Shown: positions 20,880 to 30,833 of the stretch, piece by piece
Layout of the letters: each line of letters begins with the position of its first letter
How positions within the stretch are numbered: position 1 is the first letter of the stretch
Source: a phage
Sequence record: PZ445448.1
Reading direction: 5' to 3' (one strand)
Length of the DNA stretch: 64,000 nucleotides
The notes under the pieces: generated by a model
Told to the model about the DNA's origin: nothing
The model's input: the letters and a program-made list of their open reading frames with translations, nothing else
The model's database searches: none
Program-made: the position numbers and the translations under genes

Positions 20880-20908
20880 TTGACTTTACTCTAACTCCAC
20901 AATATAGT
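20880..20908 (+). promoter_or_regulatory. sigma70-type promoter (TTGACT-17-TATAGT)
   Basis: TTGACT at 20880-20885, 17 nt spacer, TATAGT at 20903-20908, upstream of 20949 gene. Confidence 0.5.
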
Positions 20909-20948
20909 GCACCCATTCGAAAGAAAACTAACATAGGAGCACTTACTT

Positions 20949-21848
20949 ATGGCAAATCTTAACAGTTTTAGTACGCGGTGGAAACAGGACATAACAACCA
21001 ATCTTTCAGCTGGGGACATCCTTTCTGCAATTTACGAGGATTTAGATGCTAAAGCTACTTCAAAAGCGGTTTGTACCAACCCACTAATTCCTATAGTGAT
21101 GAAGGTTATTGAGCGTAGATTGGTATCTGGGTCTGATAAGTGGACATATTTAGATAATGAAGGACACACCTATTCCAATGGGTACGTCGATATAAAAGTA
21201 GAATACGCGGTATCATACCGCCGGAGCGGTTCTGTAACTTTCAACTTCTCTGGAGGTTTTCGATCTCTGGCTACCTCACCTTTTGTTTCCTCAGAGGAGA
21301 AGTATGAGCTGCCATTTCTTTGGATGATGGCTAACGCGACAGGAAAAACCCCCGTTAGCATCCGAGTAAAATACAACTACAACGGATCTAGTAAGATCTA
21401 TGCCGAAAGTGTCTCAGCAAGTTTTTATTTTGTGATGGGGGATGGAATCCTCAAACATATAAAGATGTGCGATATGCATGATGTTATAAATGAAGTGACT
21501 GATAAGAATGTTCTAGTGAAAGACCTCAACAATTTTTATACACCCGGAGACTATTACGTCAGCCGTCCACTGTGCATCTTTAATGCCGCACACCCTCTAG
21601 GTGAGTATTTGATCGCCAATAGCGATATTGCCAATAACCGCTTCGAGGTAGCAAGAGTTCAGAATGAGGTATTGACATCTTGCAAGAGCGGTGATAAGTT
21701 TACCGAAGAAGAGATGGGTGTTTTAGAAATGATGGGATATAAGTGTAGCCTTTGGGTAGATGAGGTGTTTAATGATTGCATCTATGGACAGGATATTTAC
21801 CCATTAAAGAAGTATACTGATACAAGTTTAATTTATGCGAGGGTTTGA
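20949..21848 (+). CDS. hypothetical protein (299 aa)
   Basis: ORF after promoter; RBS ACATAGGAGCA. Confidence 0.55.
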   Translation: MANLNSFSTRWKQDITTNLSAGDILSAIYEDLDAKATSKAVCTNPLIPIVMKVIERRLVSGSDKWTYLDNEGHTYSNGYVDIKVEYAVSYRRSGSVTFNFSGGFRSLATSPFVSSEEKYELPFLWMMANATGKTPVSIRVKYNYNGSSKIYAESVSASFYFVMGDGILKHIKMCDMHDVINEVTDKNVLVKDLNNFYTPGDYYVSRPLCIFNAAHPLGEYLIANSDIANNRFEVARVQNEVLTSCKSGDKFTEEEMGVLEMMGYKCSLWVDEVFNDCIYGQDIYPLKKYTDTSLIYARV

Positions 21849-21850
21849 CT

Positions 21851-22123
21851 ATGATGAAGGCATGTGGTAATGTATATTACGTCGGTGAACATGTTCAGGC
21901 AGACAGTGTGTGGAAATCTATTAAGTCCACCACTGACGATGCCTTTCTGAGTGGACTATGTTTCCCCAATCCGGGAGACATCCTCCCTCATCCTGGAGAT
22001 TTTGTTGTCAACAAGATGGACGGTTATACCGTGTGCCTGATGGTTGAAAAAATCTTTTTAGACACTAGACACAATCACCGTCTTGTGTTAAAATTTCAAG
22101 AATGTAAAATGACAATTGCCTAA
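21851..22123 (+). CDS. hypothetical protein (90 aa)
   Basis: ATG 7 nt after GAGGG. Confidence 0.5.
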   Translation: MMKACGNVYYVGEHVQADSVWKSIKSTTDDAFLSGLCFPNPGDILPHPGDFVVNKMDGYTVCLMVEKIFLDTRHNHRLVLKFQECKMTIA

Positions 22124-22136
22124 GGAGACCTTACCG

Positions 22137-22493
22137 ATGTCTAAAGTTACTTATCGTGCAGCTATTTACTGCAATGAACACCCAATCAATAACGATGGTC
22201 ACTGCCTTTTTAAAGAAAATCAGTTGGGATGTATTGTCCTCCCTGATGAAGGGAAAGGTTATCTGATTGCATTGACAGGGTTTGAACCTGAAGCTCTGGA
22301 AGCCAATCTGGACTACCTGGTAGAAGAGGGTGCTGCAGACCTGGTTGCCAATGGCTTCTCCATAAGCCTTGACGAAGTGGAGCGCTTCATGGGCAATTAC
22401 CGTGTAGTGCGTGAGTTTACTATCGAGGTGGAAACTCCAGAGTGGGGTAGCCATGAAACTAATGCCGAAGAAAAAGAAGAGGAGGTAGAATAA
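22137..22493 (+). CDS. hypothetical protein, acidic C-terminus
   Basis: ATG after CTAAGGAGACC. Confidence 0.5.
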   Translation: MSKVTYRAAIYCNEHPINNDGHCLFKENQLGCIVLPDEGKGYLIALTGFEPEALEANLDYLVEEGAADLVANGFSISLDEVERFMGNYRVVREFTIEVETPEWGSHETNAEEKEEEVE

Positions 22494-22750
22494 TGAAAGT
22501 GCAGATCTTGACTAATGCCGAGAAGATGTTTATTGAAGATACACCTTTTGAAGCTGGTGAGCTACAGTTCATTTATTTTGTTGACTTAGATAAGGTGTTC
22601 CCTGCACTGAATCTTGGTCTGGATGAAGTTCCTCATAAGGTTTTGTGCCAAGTTGTTCGTGCATTAGCGGCAGATGGGGAGTTCCACACCCTTGAAGATG
22701 TCCAGACCTACGGGTATCTTGAACTACAACGAGAAGAAGAGGTGGACTGA
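22493..22750 (+). CDS. hypothetical protein (85 aa)
   Basis: ATG after GAGGAGGTAGAATA; overlaps previous stop. Confidence 0.5.
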   Translation: MKVQILTNAEKMFIEDTPFEAGELQFIYFVDLDKVFPALNLGLDEVPHKVLCQVVRALAADGEFHTLEDVQTYGYLELQREEEVD

Positions 22751-22752
22751 TA

Positions 22753-23133
22753 ATGGCCCTGTGGAAGACAACAGTTGACCTTCATGATCAGTGGTTAGGA
22801 CGCATCACTGAAGACGGGAAGCTAGTGGAGTGGGACAATAAGCATGTTAGCGAGTTGGCAAGTATTGTGGCTGGCAAGTTACGCTCCAAGTTCCCTGAAC
22901 AACTGGATCCTGATAGTTCAAAGTTCGATCCTGAGTTGGAGGATGTTGTATACTACTTCGACACCGTTGATGACTACGACGCGTGGTTTGCAGCACAGGA
23001 GCTTTACCCACAAGGCTCTGCTATGCGCCAGATGGAAGAAGATTATCCTCCGTGTGAGCAATTCAACAGTGCAATGACTTGCCTCTATGATTGGGCAGAT
23101 AAGAACCTTGTCTGGATTCGGACCGTATTCTAG
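22753..23133 (+). CDS. hypothetical protein (126 aa)
   Basis: ORF tightly packed after previous gene. Confidence 0.5.
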   Translation: MALWKTTVDLHDQWLGRITEDGKLVEWDNKHVSELASIVAGKLRSKFPEQLDPDSSKFDPELEDVVYYFDTVDDYDAWFAAQELYPQGSAMRQMEEDYPPCEQFNSAMTCLYDWADKNLVWIRTVF

Positions 23134-23148
23134 CAGGTAGTGGCAAGG

Positions 23149-23442
23149 ATGCCACTTAAAAGAGTAATAAACATGTTATACCAGCAATATGAACTTCGTG
23201 CAGAAAAAGAGTTAAATTTTGACAAAGATATTCACAGATATTATTATGGGAAAGTTAGAGGGCAAGCAAGAAAGTGTACTCCAACACTCTTTTATGCCAG
23301 CAGACGACTAGCGCCAGAAGAGGCAACAGCAGAAAGGGTTGCATACAACTGGGAAGTTGTGTACGATATTGACAGATCCGATGTGATATCTGTTTTGGAA
23401 AACTTTGAAAACACTTACACACAAGTAGAGGACTTTTACTAA
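23149..23442 (+). CDS. hypothetical protein
   Basis: Start uncertain (ATG 23149 or 23173); ends in TAATG overlap with the ATPase gene. Confidence 0.4.
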   Translation: MPLKRVINMLYQQYELRAEKELNFDKDIHRYYYGKVRGQARKCTPTLFYASRRLAPEEATAERVAYNWEVVYDIDRSDVISVLENFENTYTQVEDFY

Positions 23443-24626
23443 TGTCAAGAAACGTATTTGAAAGTGGTCAAATCACTGTCCGTGAGTTGCCAGCTATCAT
23501 TCAGTTTGCCCAGCGTCATAACCGATCTGTCCTGATTTTAGGACCAATGGGTGTGGGAAAGAGTCAGGTGATGAAGCAGATCGCTGATAATATGTTCGGT
23601 GAGCGAGATGACAACCTGGTTGACGTGCGGCTGTCAGATAAAGATCCTGCCGACTTATCTGGGCTACCTATCCCTGTAGAAGCGGATGGGACTACACGTA
23701 CAGTGTTTGCAATCCCAGAATTTTGGCCTGCGGATCCTGACTGGAGCGGAATTGTCTTTCTGGATGAGCTCACTCATGCAGATAACTACCTGCAAAAGGT
23801 TGCAATGCAGATTATGCTCGACCACAAGTGCGGCACCTATGCATTCCCTAAGGGCTCTGTTTTTGTAGCTGCAGGTAACCGTTCTACAGATGGTGCTGTT
23901 CTTTCGGCGCTCGAAGCCCCTCTGGCTAACCGCTTTATCATTGTAGAAGTTACAAGCAACGCAGAGGTGTTTATTGAGGACTACGCATTCCTTAATGGGG
24001 TGCACTCCTCTGTAATTGGATATCTGAAAAGAGTTCCATCAGCTATTGATAATTATGAGGCCATGGCTGAGATTAATTGTCCATCTTTTGCCACACCGCG
24101 ATCTTGGGTTGCTGCATCTGATATCTTGCACGATTTTGACAGCGGTATTATTTCTGACGCTATGGCCCGTGTTCTTCTACAAGGTGCTATTGGTCACACT
24201 GCAGCGGTAGAGATCTGGACTTACCACACCAAGAAACGCAACTTACCGGAAATCGGTCGGATTATGGCAGGAGGTTGCAAAGAATACGTAGGCCCTAAAC
24301 AGCCAGACATCTTGTGGATTCTTGGATCTGAAGGTTGTATCGCTATTCGTAATATGATGGAAAATGCAAGTATCTCCGACGAAGATCTTGTTAGCTGTGT
24401 GGCAAACTTCCTCGATTTCCTTTGGGAAAACTTCAAGGACGAGAACCGAGATTTTGTATTCTCAGTCTTTATGGCGATGATGAAACCTAATGCCTTAGGA
24501 AATGCCTTGCTTATCGGTAAAGGGCGTGACAAGATTGTTGCTCAGCTGATCAAAGCATACCCAAACCTGATGAAGATTGTAAAAGAGTTTGGTGAAGAGT
24601 TTAGCGCCATTTTGGCTAAAGCTTAA
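23442..24626 (+). CDS. MoxR-like AAA+ ATPase
   Basis: Walker A ILGPMGVGKSQV; Walker B IVFLDELTHA; size (394 aa) fits the MoxR/CobS class. Confidence 0.7.
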   Translation: MSRNVFESGQITVRELPAIIQFAQRHNRSVLILGPMGVGKSQVMKQIADNMFGERDDNLVDVRLSDKDPADLSGLPIPVEADGTTRTVFAIPEFWPADPDWSGIVFLDELTHADNYLQKVAMQIMLDHKCGTYAFPKGSVFVAAGNRSTDGAVLSALEAPLANRFIIVEVTSNAEVFIEDYAFLNGVHSSVIGYLKRVPSAIDNYEAMAEINCPSFATPRSWVAASDILHDFDSGIISDAMARVLLQGAIGHTAAVEIWTYHTKKRNLPEIGRIMAGGCKEYVGPKQPDILWILGSEGCIAIRNMMENASISDEDLVSCVANFLDFLWENFKDENRDFVFSVFMAMMKPNALGNALLIGKGRDKIVAQLIKAYPNLMKIVKEFGEEFSAILAKA

Positions 24627-24636
24627 GGGGGGTTGT

Positions 24637-25017
24637 ATGGCTAAAGTAGGTAAGCGGGGAAACTACCTGGTGGTATTGACCGAGGAGCCGGAGAAGGAGT
24701 ACGAATGCAGCTCCACTTGCGTGATCGATATCCGAGAAAAAGATGTAGATGAAGTCTGGTTTAAAATATTGGACGCTTGCGATAGCAGTGATTATTTCTT
24801 CATCTATGTCAACGATAAGGCTGGGTTCTTCCATGACGACGGAGAGTTGCCGTATGAAATCTATGAACTTGTAGAGGCTTGCCATCGTGGAGATGCGGAG
24901 TTGTTTGGCTTACGGCTGAAAAGCGGTAAATTCTTCTATCAAGATGAGTGCATGAATCTTCATAACTTTGTAGAGGGAACTTGCAACGATGGAGAGATTT
25001 TGGCACACTACGATTAA
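24637..25017 (+). CDS. hypothetical protein (126 aa)
   Basis: ATG after AAGGGGGG. Confidence 0.5.
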   Translation: MAKVGKRGNYLVVLTEEPEKEYECSSTCVIDIREKDVDEVWFKILDACDSSDYFFIYVNDKAGFFHDDGELPYEIYELVEACHRGDAELFGLRLKSGKFFYQDECMNLHNFVEGTCNDGEILAHYD

Positions 25018-25027
25018 TTTCTAAGAC

Positions 25028-25056
25028 CTCCCCCGCTTCGGCGGGGATTTTCTATT
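25028..25056 (+). terminator. rho-independent terminator
   Basis: CCCCCGC-ttcg-GCGGGG followed by ATTTTCTATTT. Confidence 0.5.
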
Positions 25057-25066
25057 TGGAGTTATT

Positions 25067-25567
25067 GTGAAAATTAAGATCTTTGCTATTATTTTGAGCG
25101 CATTTTTATCGCTGCCTGTTGTTGCAGCACCAAAACAAAAAGTATACCATACTTGCAAGCCATCAGATACTAAGGAAAACATTCTAGCATGCAATATCTA
25201 CAGGGAAGCTAGAGGGGATGGCACGATGGGTATGCTGGCATCTGGGTTTGCCACCCTAAACAGGAAATCTCACCCCAAATACCCAGACACCATAAGAAAG
25301 ATTGTCTACCAACCTAACCAGTTTTCGTGGACAAACCACGGCAAAACTTTTAAGGTGACAGAAAAAGATTCATGGGATCACGCTAAAAGTCTTGCAAAGA
25401 TGCTTCTAAAGGTCTATAATAACAACCATGTTGCATACATGGCTATGGACATAACAGGTGGAGCAACACACTACCATACAACCAAAGTACGACCGAAATG
25501 GGCAAAAAAGATGCAGAGGACAGCTCAATTCGGGAGTCATATCTACTACAAGGAGCGCAATAAATGA
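25067..25567 (+). CDS. secreted SleB-type cell wall hydrolase
   Basis: GTG start; N-terminal signal-peptide-like KIKIFAIILSAFLSLPVVAAP; motif YREARGDG...LNRKSHPKYPDTIRKIVYQPNQFSW typical of the SleB/CwlJ hydrolase family. Confidence 0.65.
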   Translation: MKIKIFAIILSAFLSLPVVAAPKQKVYHTCKPSDTKENILACNIYREARGDGTMGMLASGFATLNRKSHPKYPDTIRKIVYQPNQFSWTNHGKTFKVTEKDSWDHAKSLAKMLLKVYNNNHVAYMAMDITGGATHYHTTKVRPKWAKKMQRTAQFGSHIYYKERNK

Positions 25568-27546
25568 TTGTAAACAGTAATGAAACTAAAGCAGTACTAA
25601 CCGGAAATATGGAGGTCACCAGGGGCTCAATTTCTCTGAACAAAGAGACTTTTGGGCTAATCATTAAAGGGATTTACGAAGATAAGGTGCTGGCAAGCTG
25701 CCGTGAACCAATCTTCAATGCTGTGGACTCTCATGTTGAGTCTGGACGGGGTGATGTACCGATCATCATTCACTCCCCTACAGACCTTGAACCATACTTC
25801 TTTGTGCAGGACGTTGGATTGGGTATGTCAGAAGAGATGGTCCGCAACACTTTCATGAACCTCGGGGAGTCAACCAAGCGCAACAGCAACGCTCTGGTAG
25901 GTAATAAAGGTGTAGGTTCAAAGGCCCCGTTCAGCATGGTGGACACTTTCGATGTGATTAGTGTGCACAACGGTGTTGAAAGCACATATCTATTGTTCTT
26001 GGATCAGGGTATCCCAAACGTTACCAAGATCCGCGAGCGGAAGACTGAAGAGCACAACGGGGTAAAAGTTCAGTTCCATGTTAAGAAAGAGCATGTCCTG
26101 AAATATCGCACTGCTATTGCATCGTGCTTACGCTATGCGAAGTTTCCGTTCATCGTCACCGATCCCATGACCAGTAAGATGTTAGAAGGTGACAAGGTTG
26201 AGGCACAGTATCATTACGAGAAGGATGGCTGGAAAATGACCATCCTGAAAGGTTATACCAGTTCTGATGAGAGCCGTGTTGTGATGGGTCACCAACCTTA
26301 CCGCTCCAAGTTCCTGGAGACATTGACCGATTACCCTGCAATCTGCGTGGAAATTCCTATTGGGGATTGCAATATTAACCCTGGGCGTGAATGGACCATA
26401 GAGGGCCATGACGACGGTGGATTCCAGGATCGCCTGGAGGCATTTGTCAAAGAAGGTATACGTCTTCGCGGGGCAGAAGTTGTTGCAGAACTGGAGACGG
26501 CAAAAACCTCCGCAGAAGCACGTGAAATGATGAAGAATAGTGGAGTGTTCGGACACATCTTCGGCAAGAACTTTATGTGGAACCGTTGGGAAGAAACAGG
26601 GCTTGGCGACTTAGGCGATTGTGAAATTTTCGCTGGCGGCTTAAATAAAGGCCGCATAGGTTATGCTTGTTACGGAAAGTCGGAGTTCTTACGAGGTGTA
26701 TACCTTGTATTTAACGACGGAGACGGCAAATATAACCGGAATAAGTGTAACTACTTAAGCGAGATCACCGGACGCAACGTTTTCTATTGCCGGAACACGG
26801 ATCTGGTGAAAGAGTTTAAAGAGGCGGCACACCATCCGTTCTTTGCAGATACGGTCAAATTGTTATCGGAGCTTCCACGCCGACCTGCGAAGAAAGGTGA
26901 AACCAAAACTCGTTACGAGCCAGGCTACTGGGTTAAGAAGCTTAGAGAGGATGGCTACTTCCATCGTGAGCGCCTCACGAAGGCAGAGTTCAAGAAGATT
27001 AAGCATTGCATCCCTTATGAGGGGGATATCCAACGGGGAAGCTGCTGGCTGGGCCAGATGAGTAACATCTACCAGCAAAATTATGACCGTGTGCGTGCTG
27101 CACTCCAGATTCCTGAAGGTGAAGATCTGTACCTGGTATCAGAATCTCGTCTGCTTTGGACTGATCCTGATTGCCAGTATGTTACAGAGAAGAATGTGGA
27201 ACATTTGTTGAAAGAGGATGCTTGGAAATTCTTACTGACTCGCGCAGCAAATGAAACTTCATATGACAGCCTGTATAGACAATTAGGGAAAATTATCCCC
27301 ATGCAGGATTTTGGAAATTATCGGCCACATTTCCACAAGTGGGAAGGTAACACCGCGTGGAAGCACAGTGAGCTAAATCATCGTGCCAAAATCTTAATCG
27401 CCAACCGGGTTAAGTGCGGGAAGGCCTATATTGCAAGATTGGAAAAGAAATATCCACTTTTGAAACATGTGGGCTTGAAATATTGGGACACTCCTGCTAT
27501 GATTGAATACCGTGAACTGATCGATACAAAGAATAACATCAAATAA
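25564..27546 (+). CDS. GHKL-family (Bergerat fold) ATPase, rIIA-like
   Basis: N box REPIFNAVDSH, G1 box VQDVGLGMS, G2 box GNKGVGSKAPF; 660 aa; phage rIIA proteins carry this fold. Confidence 0.6.
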   Translation: MIVNSNETKAVLTGNMEVTRGSISLNKETFGLIIKGIYEDKVLASCREPIFNAVDSHVESGRGDVPIIIHSPTDLEPYFFVQDVGLGMSEEMVRNTFMNLGESTKRNSNALVGNKGVGSKAPFSMVDTFDVISVHNGVESTYLLFLDQGIPNVTKIRERKTEEHNGVKVQFHVKKEHVLKYRTAIASCLRYAKFPFIVTDPMTSKMLEGDKVEAQYHYEKDGWKMTILKGYTSSDESRVVMGHQPYRSKFLETLTDYPAICVEIPIGDCNINPGREWTIEGHDDGGFQDRLEAFVKEGIRLRGAEVVAELETAKTSAEAREMMKNSGVFGHIFGKNFMWNRWEETGLGDLGDCEIFAGGLNKGRIGYACYGKSEFLRGVYLVFNDGDGKYNRNKCNYLSEITGRNVFYCRNTDLVKEFKEAAHHPFFADTVKLLSELPRRPAKKGETKTRYEPGYWVKKLREDGYFHRERLTKAEFKKIKHCIPYEGDIQRGSCWLGQMSNIYQQNYDRVRAALQIPEGEDLYLVSESRLLWTDPDCQYVTEKNVEHLLKEDAWKFLLTRAANETSYDSLYRQLGKIIPMQDFGNYRPHFHKWEGNTAWKHSELNHRAKILIANRVKCGKAYIARLEKKYPLLKHVGLKYWDTPAMIEYRELIDTKNNIK

Positions 27547-27556
27547 GGAGACCAAG

Positions 27557-28762
27557 ATGATTTTCATCTACGAACATTTCAAAACCCGTAAAGAAGCACG
27601 AGACCGCCGTGCAGAACTTGAGAAGAAGGGTTTCACATGTGCCATTGAGAAAGGCGACACAACCTGGACACTGGCAGTTGGTGCCCCAGAGTTGTTCGAT
27701 CCTGACCGTGACAGCGTCTGCTACACCCGTGAGGATTTTGAAACCCGCGAAGAGGCCCGTTTATTTCGATACGGTCTGGAAGATAACGGTAAGTACGCTA
27801 TGATCTTAGATTTAGGCGAAGGTTCCGTTAAACGTTGGGGCGTGGTATACCCACTGTGTGTTGTTCACGGTGTGGGGTTCACTGGGGTAGCAATCAAGTC
27901 AGAAGAACCTTTAGTAGAAGTCAAAGATCCGGTGCTGGAGGTGGTGAGCAGTGTGTCTCAGCAACAGACTCGAAGCATCGAGCCTTTGGTAGTTATTTGT
28001 GGGGAACTCCTCCAGATCACCTGCAACGAAGGCATTTTTGAAATTCGCCGCAGCGAAAGTGAGGAAGTTTACCAGAAAGTCTTCGACCATATCTCTGTTC
28101 AGGAATATGATGAGGCAATTGGTGAAATCCTTGTCTGGCTGGAACGCAAGAATGAGTTCACCACACTTGCAGACAACCTGATCATGAAAGATGGTAAGCT
28201 CTACTACTACGGTGTAGAGATGCGATCCACCATTGCAAAGAAAATTGAGAAAGATTATGCAGACGGAACGCTGGATGACCGCTATGTGAAATTCCTCGTT
28301 CGCCTGCTACGCAATCCTTCTGCAAAATCTGTAAACATGCTCTACGATTTTATGCAGGCCAACGATATCCAGATTGCAGAAGATGGTCGAATCATTTGCT
28401 ACAAAGGGGTTCAGTTTAACGGCAGCAAGTGGGTAGATTGGCACAGTGGTAAAGTTCCACAATACCAGGGTGCTTTTGTATCCATGCCTCGTAACTTTGT
28501 AGAGGATGATCCGGAAGCTGCGTGCTCCTATGGCTTACACTGCGCCAGCAAAGAGTATGCAAAGAGCTACGGCACTGTAATGACTGTCATGGTTGACCCT
28601 GCAGATGTGGTTAGTGTGCCATACCAACACAATAGCGCCAAGTGCCGTGCATGCCGCTATGAGATTGTGGTAGCTCCGGAAGCACGCAAAGATGGAGACC
28701 CTATTGAATATGTAGTTGATCGTGACGGTAACACTATCGACATTCTTTACGAGGAGGCGTAA
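27557..28762 (+). CDS. hypothetical protein with N-terminal internal repeat (rIIB-like by position only)
   Basis: RBS AAGGAGACC; two repeats FKTRKEARDRRAELEKKG / FETREEARLFRYGLEDNG; directly after GHKL ATPase. Confidence 0.45.
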   Translation: MIFIYEHFKTRKEARDRRAELEKKGFTCAIEKGDTTWTLAVGAPELFDPDRDSVCYTREDFETREEARLFRYGLEDNGKYAMILDLGEGSVKRWGVVYPLCVVHGVGFTGVAIKSEEPLVEVKDPVLEVVSSVSQQQTRSIEPLVVICGELLQITCNEGIFEIRRSESEEVYQKVFDHISVQEYDEAIGEILVWLERKNEFTTLADNLIMKDGKLYYYGVEMRSTIAKKIEKDYADGTLDDRYVKFLVRLLRNPSAKSVNMLYDFMQANDIQIAEDGRIICYKGVQFNGSKWVDWHSGKVPQYQGAFVSMPRNFVEDDPEAACSYGLHCASKEYAKSYGTVMTVMVDPADVVSVPYQHNSAKCRACRYEIVVAPEARKDGDPIEYVVDRDGNTIDILYEEA

Positions 28763-30132
28763 TGGAAAAAGGGCAGTATGATGTAGGCACAGATGCTGCC
28801 CTCGTTGCAATCATGAGCGGTGAGAATGTCTTCGTTTCAGGACCTGCAGGTTGTGGGAAGACGTATCTCATCAACATGATCCAGTCGATGTATGGAGACT
28901 CTTGCATAACGGTTGCCCCGACAGGGGTAGCCGCTTTAAACGTTAATGGAGCAACAGCACACCGAACCTTCGATCTTGCAGCAGGTGTGAGCATGGAGTC
29001 AGACTGGACCGCAATAAGGGCAAAAACAGCAAAGCCTTTGAAAAGCAAGGCATTTACCATCCTAATTATCGATGAAATCTCTATGATCCGTGCTGATAAG
29101 TTTATAGAGATGGATAGGAAACTCCGCTTCCTTCGAAAAAATGACAAACCTTTCGGAGGCATACAGGTCATATTGTTTGGCGATTTTTACCAGGCACCTC
29201 CTGTTGTCTCTTCTATGGAGAAGGAAGCCTACTTCAACTTCTACCATACGGACCTGTGTTGCTATACCGAATCTTGGAAAGAGCTTGACCTCCACAACAT
29301 AGCCCTAATAGATCAGTTCCGACAGGAGTCTATTCGATTTGCTACAATGCTCAACTGTGTTCGTGAGGGTCGTCGCATAAAAGAGGTTGTAGCAGAACTT
29401 AATGCTCGCTGTTACAAAGGAGGTGTACCAACAGACGCTCTCACAATTTGCGCCACCAACAAACAAGCAGAGGAAGTGAACAGAAGGTTCTATGATGCCA
29501 TCAACGCCCCAGAGAAGGTATACACTGGTGAAATGAAGGGTAAGTTTCCCTCCACCCTGCCAGTTGAGCAGGAGATGAAGTTGAAAATTGGCATGAAAGT
29601 TATGATAACCGCCAACGATGTTGACCCGACGCACAAAGTACCTTATTATGTTAACGGAACACGTGCCACAATTGTTAAATTTAAGAACAAGGCGGTGGTG
29701 GTAGAGCTTGAAGATGGAACACAGGTTGACATAGAGCAGAGGTTGTGGGAGAATAACGAGTATAAGCCATCTCAGAGATACAACATTGCAGAAAGGAAGA
29801 TGGAGAAGTTTATAGAGAGGGTAGTGATTGGGTCATACAGGCAACTTCCTCTGAAATCTGGGTACGCCGTAACATCTCATAAAAGTCAAGGACTTACACT
29901 AGATTGTTACAACCTAGACCTTGGAAAGAACGGAGCTTTCTCTCCTGGGATGACGTATGTCGCTTTGAGTAGAGTTAAGACAATACAAGGAATAAACTTG
30001 TTGCGTCCACTAAGAGAAGTTGACATTATTGTTGACCCGCGAGTCGTAGAGTTTTACAATACAACATTCCCTGACTTAGACAAAATTGTCAGGAAAGATT
30101 TTGAAACCAGAGCAGAAGAGGGGGACGTATGA
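28762..30132 (+). CDS. Dda/RecD/Pif1-like SF1 DNA helicase
   Basis: Walker A VSGPAGCGKTYLIN; Walker B LIIDEISM; C-terminal VTSHKSQGLTLD and YVALSRVK motifs. Confidence 0.7.
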   Translation: MEKGQYDVGTDAALVAIMSGENVFVSGPAGCGKTYLINMIQSMYGDSCITVAPTGVAALNVNGATAHRTFDLAAGVSMESDWTAIRAKTAKPLKSKAFTILIIDEISMIRADKFIEMDRKLRFLRKNDKPFGGIQVILFGDFYQAPPVVSSMEKEAYFNFYHTDLCCYTESWKELDLHNIALIDQFRQESIRFATMLNCVREGRRIKEVVAELNARCYKGGVPTDALTICATNKQAEEVNRRFYDAINAPEKVYTGEMKGKFPSTLPVEQEMKLKIGMKVMITANDVDPTHKVPYYVNGTRATIVKFKNKAVVVELEDGTQVDIEQRLWENNEYKPSQRYNIAERKMEKFIERVVIGSYRQLPLKSGYAVTSHKSQGLTLDCYNLDLGKNGAFSPGMTYVALSRVKTIQGINLLRPLREVDIIVDPRVVEFYNTTFPDLDKIVRKDFETRAEEGDV

Positions 30133-30470
30133 GTTTGTGGAGAAATATCGTTAACTACGTGTGCGGCAATCCAACTCCTGAAGAGAAGGATGTTGTGATT
30201 CACGATTTTACTAAAAGATCTCGTGAAAAAGATCTACTGCTAACAAAGGTGACCGATAAAGATCCTGCAGTAGGGGACTGGGCAGGTTTTGCGTTTACAT
30301 CGGACAAATACACCTTTAACAAAGGTGACTACCTTGTTGTGGATTTTAACGAAGACATTGAGGGTGCTGAACCTTACTATCAAACCCTTATTGTTGCAGG
30401 GTGTGTTGATCTCTCTGCAGGCATGCACAGTTTGATTCTTTTTGAGCTTGACTCTGAAGACCTTGAGTAG
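30129..30470 (+). CDS. hypothetical protein (113 aa)
   Basis: ATGA-coupled ORF. Confidence 0.5.
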   Translation: MSLWRNIVNYVCGNPTPEEKDVVIHDFTKRSREKDLLLTKVTDKDPAVGDWAGFAFTSDKYTFNKGDYLVVDFNEDIEGAEPYYQTLIVAGCVDLSAGMHSLILFELDSEDLE

Positions 30471-30530
30471 TAAGATGTGAGCATAAAGGGGAGGCACTCC
30501 TCCCCACAAAAACTAAGGAAGCACTAAACG

Positions 30531-30833
30531 ATGAAACGTTATAAACCATACACTTTTGAAATCGATTTCGAACTTGACGATATGTTTACTGTGGAAGCTC
30601 AGGCAGTTGTCCAGTTGCCAGACTCGGAGTGCCGTGACTCTGATGTTGACTATTACGGGTTTAGACAAATTACCGATGTGCGTGTTTACCACAACGGTGA
30701 AGAGGTGGACTTCCACCAACTGCCAAACGATATGCGCCACTCAATTTACAAACGTGCAGCCCGTGAACTAGAGTCCTATCTGGATGCAGCGACGACAGCA
30801 GCTGCATTTGCTGAAGAAGTGGGAGGTTTCTGA
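30531..30833 (+). CDS. hypothetical protein (100 aa)
   Basis: ATG after CTAAGGAAGC. Confidence 0.5.
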   Translation: MKRYKPYTFEIDFELDDMFTVEAQAVVQLPDSECRDSDVDYYGFRQITDVRVYHNGEEVDFHQLPNDMRHSIYKRAARELESYLDAATTAAAFAEEVGGF

